NCBI GenBank assembly: GCA_964500195.1
Contig: CAZCND010000001.1
Coordinates: forward strand, 1-51,393
Direction of reading: 5' to 3'
Length of the DNA stretch: 51,393 bases
Source: an uncultured Candidatus Saccharibacteria bacterium
Lineage (GTDB): Bacteria > Patescibacteriota > Minisyncoccia > Phycocordibacterales > UBA9973
Position numbers and translations under genes: made by a program. Positions within the stretch are counted from its first letter, which is position 1; every line of letters begins with the position of its first letter. Shown piece after piece: positions 45,001 to 50,894 of this stretch. The notes under the pieces were generated by a model. It was not told where the DNA came from, searched no databases, and worked only from the letters and a program-made list of their open reading frames with translations.

Positions 45001-45258
45001 AATTGTAAAACGAACCAAGTGATCACCGTCGCTGCGGTGATTGATGAAATCAAAACTTTCACCACTAAAAATAACAGTGTCATGTCGTTTATTAAATTAT
45101 CTGATACTTCAGGAAATATAGAGGCTGTGGCTTTCAGTAAGATTTATGAGACATATAGAGATATTCTTGTGGCAAACAATGTTATTGCCGCAAAATGCAA
45201 AATAACCGAAAGGAATGGAGAAAAAAGTTTGAGTATTGAAGCAGTTAAGTCAATATAA
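42061..45258 (+). CDS. dnaE: DNA polymerase III alpha subunit
   Basis: 1065 aa with PHP domain HLHTHSHYSLLDG, polymerase core PDIDMDY, and a C-terminal OB fold. TGTTATACT lies 6 nt before the ATG. Confidence 0.95.
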   Translation: METELNSNFIHLHTHSHYSLLDGLSKIPDMVKIAKGNKMNAIALTDHGNMYGAIEFYKECNKAGIKPIIGIEAYIAERKRTDKEPGVDNKRYHLTLLAKNKQGYKNLMKLVSLANLEGYYYKPRMDKEILQKYHEGIICLSGCMGSELSRAVLADNQEKARDLILEHQDIFGKENYFLEVHSHPKIEGDKKIRDGILALGKKFNIPVVAGQDSHYLCQEDHNAHNTLLAVNTSSSDSKEGTRLEFSDDDFSLINEEKALEYFRDCPEVVKNTKMIADLCEVYDLELGKAYFPDFPIEEGKTSDEMLREKTEQGFIFRGLEKTPVYMDRLDYELGIIKQKGYPTYFLVVGDLLRFSRENGIYTNVRGSVAGSLTTYLLGITNVDPITYKLPFERFLNPERPSLPDIDMDYADNRRDEVIAYAKQKYGENKVAQIGTFGTMMAKGSVKDVARALGYPYAIGDKISSMIPLGSQGSPMTIKKAMGLVPEFKESYEKEPDTKRIVDLALKLEGCVRHISVHAAGVVISPKPLEEFTPIQYDPKGGNIITQYDMYSIEDAGLPKFDFLGIRNLAILALAVKLVKKIQGKDIDIIKIPLDDKKTFSLLSKGETIGLFQLNGTGMTHYLKELKVSTIHDINVMVALYRPGPMENINEYIARKHGKKPVTYMHPKMENFLDTTFGVLVYQDDLLMTAIEVAGYTWGEVDKFRKAVGKKIPEEMAKQHIKFVDGCQSFGGLTKKQAEDIWKLFEPFQGYGFNKAHAASYGFVAYQTAYMKANFPVEYMTAILTSESGDVEKIAEIVRECTRMGIEVLPPNINESFGDFTIIDGKDGNKDIRFGLYTIKNLGKDIADAIISERKARGKFKTLADFFERVNHKNLNKKSVEALAKAGAMDEFAERNIIIGNIETLLSFNKEIKVSVNQDSLFGEIGGVSVSLSLLPQDPISKREKLAWEKELLGLYVSGHPLDELKDKIEKHGILIKDIKRNCKTNQVITVAAVIDEIKTFTTKNNSVMSFIKLSDTSGNIEAVAFSKIYETYRDILVANNVIAAKCKITERNGEKSLSIEAVKSI

Positions 45259-45263
45259 AAAAT

Positions 45264-45289
45264 AAAAACACCCCCTTTGGGGTGTTTTT
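45264..45289. terminator. intrinsic terminator after dnaE
   Basis: ACACCCC CTTT GGGGTGT hairpin plus a T run. Confidence 0.75.
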
Positions 45290-45291
45290 AT

Positions 45292-45879
45292 TTAACTATT
45301 AAATTTTTCATCTAATGGACTAATATTGTCCATTATTTTTATTACTTGTTTTGAATATCCGGGAACAATTGAATCTGGATTGTATTTCTTTAGAATTTGC
45401 TCAGTAGTCATATCCTTCTTATAAGCGGTAGCATTTTCATTGTTTCCACTTAAAGTTTTAGATATATACTCAATCGACTCTTCTACTGAATCAAATCCTT
45501 TTTTACAAGAATGCCAACCAAAACTATTATTGGGAGCTTTTGCGTTTTTACAAGCAAATTTTCCTCCTGTTGATTCCCTCATAGCAATAGCTGGTAAAAG
45601 CCTCCAGTCTATGCCATTTTGCTCAGCCTCTTCTACAAATTTTATTCCATAACCAGAAAGAGGAGCACCTTTTGAAGCATAATATTTATCAATTGCTTCA
45701 GCTTTTAATTTACGAGATTCATCTTCTTGTGTTGTTATCACAGAACTTTCACTCGATATTAGATTGGCATCTACAGTCTTGTCTTCTAGCGCTACTTGAT
45801 TGGTGAGCGGAGAAGCCATTGCGATCATTGGAATTAAAATAAACGACTGCAATACCTTAAATATCTTTTGTGTATGCAT
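45292..45879 (-). CDS. secreted lytic-transglycosylase-like (SLT-type) protein
   Basis: Signal peptide from MHTQKIFKVLQSFILIPMIAMASP, and an AIAMRESTGG (E-S) motif reminiscent of the SLT catalytic region. The ORF-track start 45909 is a non-ATG extension. Confidence 0.5.
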   Translation of the reverse strand: MHTQKIFKVLQSFILIPMIAMASPLTNQVALEDKTVDANLISSESSVITTQEDESRKLKAEAIDKYYASKGAPLSGYGIKFVEEAEQNGIDWRLLPAIAMRESTGGKFACKNAKAPNNSFGWHSCKKGFDSVEESIEYISKTLSGNNENATAYKKDMTTEQILKKYNPDSIVPGYSKQVIKIMDNISPLDEKFNS

Positions 45880-46247
45880 AATGAGCGGTTTCGATCCGCC
45901 AAACGCCACCTTGAGATGGTTTAGTTTTAATCTAAAATAGATTAAAACTAAAAGACCCTACTATCATCATATAAATACAATAATAAATAGGACTTCAATA
46001 GGATAACATAATCAAGCAGATAAGTCAAGATTAAAAAGGTGTTTTTCGGGGAAGGTTTTAACAAAAAGTCCTTATTTTATAAGAGTTTTTTATTGTTTAG
46101 CATTTGACAAATAGGCTAATTCTAATGTCTAATAATGGCTTTAAATAAAGGTTTTTGTCTCTTTTTGACAAAAATTATTATCGTTGTTAAAAAAACATTG
46201 CAAAATAAGTATTTTTTAATAAAAAAATAAAATATTCTTAAAATAAA

Positions 46248-48740
46248 CTAATTGTTTTTTCCACAGCAATGCTTGTATTTTTTACCAGAACCGCAAGGAC
46301 AAGAATCATTTCGCCCAGTCTTTTTTTCTGTATTTCTAATAGTTCCTAATGTACTTCCCCCCTCTGATGAGCTTAGTATTAATTCGGGCCTAGATGAAAC
46401 TAAATCTTGTTCATCACTTTTTTCTCTTTCCCGACTCTCTACATTAATAGTATTAATCAAAGAGCAAACTTTTTCTTTAAAGTTTATTTCCATCTCTCTA
46501 AAGAGTCTAAGTCCTTCTCTTTTATATTCTACTAGTGGCTCTCTTTGTCCATAAGCTCTTAGGTTTACAGAATTCCTAGTATTTTCCATCGTCTCTAGGT
46601 GATCTACCCAAAGAAGATCTGTTGTATACAAAGCAATTCTTTTAATAGTTTCAAAAAACATATTATCTCCTAGGGCAAACCTCTTTTGTTTTACAACTTC
46701 TTTCATTTCTGGCTTGTCTTCTATGACCTGCTCGATGAATTTTTCTAGCTCGTCATAATTTCCACTCAACATTATTTTTCGTCTGTCATAAACTATTGCT
46801 CTCTGGTGACTTAAAACATTATCGTATTCCAAAGTATGTTTCCTAGAATCAAAATGAAATCCTTCAATCTTTGCTTGAGCTCCCTCAAGAGCATTAGATA
46901 TAAATCTATTTTCAATAGGCTCATCTTCAGGAACTCCCATCTTACCCATCATGCTCTTTAGCCGATCAGATCCGAAAACCCTCATCAAATCATCTTCCAT
47001 GGAAACATAAAATTGAGTAGCCCCTGGATCTCCTTGACGACCAGTTCTTCCTCGCAACTGATTATCAATACGTCTTGCTTCATGTCTTTCGGTCCCCATA
47101 ACAAAAAGCCCCCCTAGTTCTTTTACTTGTTCGTATTTTTCTTTATCAAAAGGAACACCTCCTAGTTTAATATCAACTCCACGACCGGCCATATTTGTCG
47201 CTACTGTTACTGCACCAAGTCTTCCAGCGTTAGCAATAATCTCTCCCTCTCGCTCATGGTTTTTAGCATTAAGAACCGTATGAGGAACACCTGCTTGAGT
47301 TAAATATGCAGACAAAAGTTCGTTTTTCTCAATAGAAACTGTTCCGAGCAACACAGGCTGTCCTTTTTCATTAAGCTCTTTAACCTTTCTTGCCACAGAA
47401 GTAAACTTACCTTTTTCTGTTTGATAAATTAAATCTGTATAATCTCGCCTATTAATAGGACGATTAGTTGGAATAACAACTACATCAAGACCATAAACCT
47501 TTAGAAATTCTTCTTTAGAAGTTTCGGCTGTACCAGTCATGCCTGATAATTTTTTGTAAAACTTGAAATAATTTTGATATGTAATAGAAGCTACAGCCCT
47601 TGTTTCTTTTTCTATTTTAACTCCTTCTTTAGCCTCAATAGCTTGGTGTAAACCGTCACTCCATCTTCTACCTGGTTGCATTCTCCCTGTAAAAGGATCA
47701 ACAATAATAACCTCTCCATCTTTAACTACGTACTCTTTATCTTTTTCATAAAGCGAACGAGCCTTAACAGCTGTCTCTAAGTGATGAACATATTTAATCC
47801 CCTTTTCAGTATATATATCAGAAATACCCAAAAGAGATTCGGCTAAAGTAATACCATGATCGGTCAAAGAAATAGCTTTTAGTTTTTCATCTACGGTATA
47901 ATCCTCCTCCGGTTTCAATTGTTTGGCAATTTTAGCAAAAGTATAATACAAATCCTCACTCTCTTCTGCAGGAGATGAGATTATAAGAGGAGTCCTTGAT
48001 TCATCAATTAAAATAGAATCCACCTCATCTACAATTACATAAAAATGTTCTCTCTGAACGATATCATCTATGTTTCTAGCTAAATTATCTCTCAAATAAT
48101 CAAAACCAAACTCATTATTTGTCCCATAAACAATATCACACTGGTAGGCTTCTTTTCTTGAACAAGGTTTAAGATATTCATACTGGACACGGAATCCTCC
48201 TATTTCCTTATCATCTTCTGCTTGCTCTCTTGTGACATGGCTGGGATCATAAACAAATGAAGCAACTTGAGAATTGATAACTCCAATACTTAGTCCCAAG
48301 GCATGATAAACCATTCCCATATTTACGGCGTCTCGTCTCGCAAGATAATCGTTGACTGTAACAATATGCACTCCCTTATCAAGAAGAGCATTTAAATAGG
48401 CAGGCATAGTAGCAACTAGAGTTTTCCCTTCTCCCGTTCTCATTTCCGCTACATTTCCTTTGTGCAAGGCGATTGCTCCAACTAGCTGAACATCATAGTG
48501 TCGCTCACCTCTGGTTCTAACAGAAGCTTCCCTAACTAAAGCAAAAGCTTCAGGTAAAATATTATCAATATCTTCCCCCTCACTTAATCTTTTTTTAAAT
48601 TCTTCGGTTTTTAATTTAAAATCAGTATCCGCTATTTTTTTCGTTTCTTCTTCTAGGCTGTTTATTTTTTCTACTAAAGGCTTCCATTTTTTTATCAACC
48701 TTTCGCTTTCTGTTCCTATAATTTTATCTACAATATTCAT
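46248..48740 (-). CDS. secA: preprotein translocase ATPase SecA
   Basis: 830 aa with MRTGEGKT (Walker A), DEVDSILIDE, TNMAGRGVDI, and a C-terminal zinc finger CPCGSGKKYKHCCG. Confidence 0.95.
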   Translation of the reverse strand: MNIVDKIIGTESERLIKKWKPLVEKINSLEEETKKIADTDFKLKTEEFKKRLSEGEDIDNILPEAFALVREASVRTRGERHYDVQLVGAIALHKGNVAEMRTGEGKTLVATMPAYLNALLDKGVHIVTVNDYLARRDAVNMGMVYHALGLSIGVINSQVASFVYDPSHVTREQAEDDKEIGGFRVQYEYLKPCSRKEAYQCDIVYGTNNEFGFDYLRDNLARNIDDIVQREHFYVIVDEVDSILIDESRTPLIISSPAEESEDLYYTFAKIAKQLKPEEDYTVDEKLKAISLTDHGITLAESLLGISDIYTEKGIKYVHHLETAVKARSLYEKDKEYVVKDGEVIIVDPFTGRMQPGRRWSDGLHQAIEAKEGVKIEKETRAVASITYQNYFKFYKKLSGMTGTAETSKEEFLKVYGLDVVVIPTNRPINRRDYTDLIYQTEKGKFTSVARKVKELNEKGQPVLLGTVSIEKNELLSAYLTQAGVPHTVLNAKNHEREGEIIANAGRLGAVTVATNMAGRGVDIKLGGVPFDKEKYEQVKELGGLFVMGTERHEARRIDNQLRGRTGRQGDPGATQFYVSMEDDLMRVFGSDRLKSMMGKMGVPEDEPIENRFISNALEGAQAKIEGFHFDSRKHTLEYDNVLSHQRAIVYDRRKIMLSGNYDELEKFIEQVIEDKPEMKEVVKQKRFALGDNMFFETIKRIALYTTDLLWVDHLETMENTRNSVNLRAYGQREPLVEYKREGLRLFREMEINFKEKVCSLINTINVESREREKSDEQDLVSSRPELILSSSEGGSTLGTIRNTEKKTGRNDSCPCGSGKKYKHCCGKNN

Positions 48741-48825
48741 GATATCTTTCTTGTTTAATTCTTAAATAAACCTATATTACAAGCTGTTTTTATAACATAG
48801 GAATTCAACTACCCTATTGTAACAC

Positions 48826-48862
48826 AAAAAGAAAACCTCTGATAGAGAGAGGTTTTCTTTTT
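48826..48862 (-). terminator. intrinsic terminator after the Lys/Ala-repeat gene
   Basis: GAAAACCTCT / AGAGGTTTTC hairpin with flanking A/T runs. Confidence 0.7.
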
Positions 48863-48875
48863 ATTCCTAAGAGTA

Positions 48876-49019
48876 TTACTTCTTAGCTTTTTTAGCAGGC
48901 TTCTTAGCAACTTTTTTGACAGCCTTCTTTGCTGGCTTCTTAGCTACTTTTTTGACAGCCTTTTTTGCTACTTTCTTGACAGCCTTTTTAGCTGGCTTCT
49001 TAGCTTTTTTTGCTACCAT
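48876..49019 (-). CDS. histone H1-like Lys/Ala-repeat basic protein
   Basis: 47 aa, MVAKKAKKPAKKAVKKVAKKAVKKVAKKPAKKAVKKVAKKPAKKAKK, encoded by tandem DNA repeats. The ORF track extends to 49061. Confidence 0.6.
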   Translation of the reverse strand: MVAKKAKKPAKKAVKKVAKKAVKKVAKKPAKKAVKKVAKKPAKKAKK

Positions 49020-49275
49020 ATTTTTAAAAAAATTATTTTTTAAAGTTGTGTGTGATTTCACGACCTCATAAAAAATTTTTATGAAAAACGATCACACTCA
49101 CATTTATATTATCTTACACATTTGAAATAATCACAACTTTTTTTAACAAAAAAATGTGGATAACTTTTTTATTTTTGAAAATTTATTTTTGAAAAAATTT
49201 TTTTAGAAAATAAAATGAAAAAATTTTTATTTTAATTTTAAATTGCTGAGAAAAAAATGATTCTTATTATAAAAA

Positions 49276-49300
49276 GAAAGACACCAAATTGGTGTCTTTC
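49276..49300 (-). terminator. terminator after rnpB
   Basis: GAAAGACACC AAAT? loop GGTGTCTTTC hairpin, followed by a T run in minus orientation. Confidence 0.7.
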
Positions 49301-49633
49301 TTACTTGTATTAATAAGCCGAATTCTGTTTCAAATGAAAAAATATTTTTAAAAAAAATTATTCTCTCATTTAATGGTAGATATTTATCTAGGCCCTCAAT
49401 TACTTTCGGGCTCAAGCGATTCTCTCCAACAAAAAGTTGAAGCACGATCTTGCACACGCGTAAGTATTTTGCCGTTTCACCCGAACTTAATCGGTTCGTC
49501 ACTGTTCGCAACTCTTTGATTACTCAAGATGGGTATTACCCACTACGTTCTCTTGATACAAGTATCAAGAAGTGTGTTCGGACTTTCCTCATTCCAACAA
49601 ATGTTAAAACGCATCTACCTAAACACAAGTAAA
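49300..49633 (-). ncRNA. rnpB: RNase P RNA (bacterial type)
   Basis: Minus strand contains GAGGAAAGTCCGAAC (CR-I, 49570s) and ACAGAATTCGGCTTATT (CR-V, ~49312-49330). P1 pairs TACTTGTGTT (49622-49631) with AATACAAGTA (49302-49311). Promoter TTGTCA-17-TATATT lies just upstream. Confidence 0.85.
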
Positions 49634-49636
49634 GAA

Positions 49637-49687
49637 AATATACCAAATATTTTAGATATTGACAACACCCCAACAATTTGATATACT
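49637..49687. promoter_or_regulatory. back-to-back promoters with overlapping -35 hexamers
   Basis: Plus strand: TTGACA (49659-49664), 17 nt, TATACT (49682-49687). Minus strand: TTGTCA (49665-49660), 17 nt, TATATT (49642-49637), driving rnpB. Confidence 0.6.
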
Positions 49688-49693
49688 TCTTTC

Positions 49694-49786
49694 AGTGAGT
49701 TAATTACTCCGACTGTCAGTTACAAATTATAGTTCTGACACAATTGCGAACACAAGCCCCGACTTCGGTCGGGTTTTGTGTTTTTT
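49694..49786 (+). ncRNA. candidate ~90-nt small RNA divergent from rnpB
   Basis: Near-consensus promoter, internal hairpin TGTCAG/CTGACA (49714-49740 region), and a strong terminator CCCGAC-UUCG-GUCGGG extended by CACAA/TTGTG plus T6 (49751-49786). No ORF. Confidence 0.45.
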
Positions 49787-49800
49787 GGGGGAAAATAAAA

Positions 49801-49826
49801 GAGTCTTCGCAAAAATGCGAAGACTC
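49801..49826 (-). terminator. terminator after the 217-aa gene
   Basis: GAGTCTTCGCA AAAA TGCGAAGACTC hairpin, followed by a T-rich run in minus orientation. Confidence 0.7.
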
Positions 49827-49849
49827 AAGTATTTAGGAAGAACAAGTCC

Positions 49850-50503
49850 TCAAGACTTCCTGGCGACCGACAAACCGAGACGGTTACTACGGTCACCATC
49901 CCAGATGTCATTGATGACCGATCTATGATTATCAGAGAAGCAAATGAAGACATGACGATCTTCATTAACAACACTTGAAGTTCTAACATAAACTCCGCCA
50001 AACAGACAAACACCCCTTACTGCTTTGTAGGTTGTGATCGCCCAGAATAATTCAGAAACGTTTGGCACAAATTCAATGTTTGAAACAAACATATTACTCT
50101 CATCCCAGCTTTTACCAGTTGACCCAGGAACGGTATCCTTGCGAATCATGTACCATTTTGTTTCGACCATGTAGTGAGTATCCCATACATCTTCCCTGAG
50201 ATGAAAAAAGGGGTCATCTAAATGACGAATTTCAAGAAGAGACATGGGACAATTGGGACCTGCAACAAGCATACAGTTGTTGTCACGGCACAATTCCAGA
50301 ATTTTTCGTACTGGAACTGTTTCGATAAAATGTACAAGCTGTTCATTTGTGTAAATAATACTCCTCCGAAACTTCATAATTTTCTCTGGAGAAATAAAAT
50401 CTCTACCAAGGATTCTACTAGCTTGTCTATATTCCTTCCTTTTTTCAAAAAAAGAATAAAACAAGTTATAGATGTTAATAAAAAAAATTCTCATATTCCT
50501 CAT
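49850..50503 (-). CDS. hypothetical protein (217 aa), compositionally atypical
   Basis: Long ORF with its own TTGACA promoter (~50535-50560) and terminator; no motif recognised. Noticeably more G+C-rich than its neighbours. Confidence 0.55.
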   Translation of the reverse strand: MRNMRIFFINIYNLFYSFFEKRKEYRQASRILGRDFISPEKIMKFRRSIIYTNEQLVHFIETVPVRKILELCRDNNCMLVAGPNCPMSLLEIRHLDDPFFHLREDVWDTHYMVETKWYMIRKDTVPGSTGKSWDESNMFVSNIEFVPNVSELFWAITTYKAVRGVCLFGGVYVRTSSVVNEDRHVFICFSDNHRSVINDIWDGDRSNRLGLSVARKS

Positions 50504-50603
50504 GATATTTATTTTAAAGTTTTCTTTATTAAATCATATATAATATTTTTTGTCAACTAGAAAAATTATCACTAAATTGATAAGATAAAATTAGGTAGCC
50601 GTT

Positions 50604-50716
50604 GTGTGTTTAAGCCAGCGGCTGCACTCACATCGCAATTGTATGTTGGAGTTTAGCACCCGCTGGCTCAAGCACACAAAACAAAAAATCTCACCTTGGT
50701 GAGATTTTTTGTTTTT
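50604..50716. other. long imperfect hairpin (~75 nt) followed by a bidirectional terminator
   Basis: GTGTGTTTAAGCCAGCGG (50604-50621) pairs with CCGCTGGCTCAAGCACAC (50660-50677), and the inner stem continues (ACTCACA/TGTTGGAGT). Then ATCTCAC CTTG GTGAGAT with A and T runs (50682-50716). Confidence 0.5.
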
Positions 50717-50894
50717 CTTTTTTGAATAGGTTTTTAAGTATTCTTTCTTTTGTTCCGTCCATGGGTCTTTGCCTCATGTCATCATGTTTTTATGTCTATA
50801 TCATGAACAGACAATTATGTGCTCAATTGAGGCACATAATATCGCCTTTTACCCCTCACTACTTTAATAAAAAAGTGGTAAGGGATTTTTTCAA

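Noticed and set aside
45885-45910. tRNA 3'-end-like fragment GCGGTTTCGATCCGCCAAACGCCACC (plus strand)
   Set aside because: Only a T-arm-like hairpin and a possible acceptor strand are present. No D arm or anticodon arm lies upstream, where the region encodes the signal peptide of the SLT-like protein. It may be an old att scar, but the evidence is too thin.
45921-45951. 14-bp perfect hairpin TTAGTTTTAATCTA/TAGATTAAAACTAA as a regulatory element or secA terminator
   Set aside because: It is 300 bp from the secA stop, has no adjacent U run on either strand and is made entirely of AT pairs. It was noted, but no function can be supported.
49227-49632. ORFs 49227-49511 (minus, 94 aa) and 49450-49632 (plus, 60 aa)
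   Set aside because: They lie entirely inside the RNase P RNA gene, whose CR-I, CR-V and P1 pairing were identified. They are spurious translations of a structured RNA.
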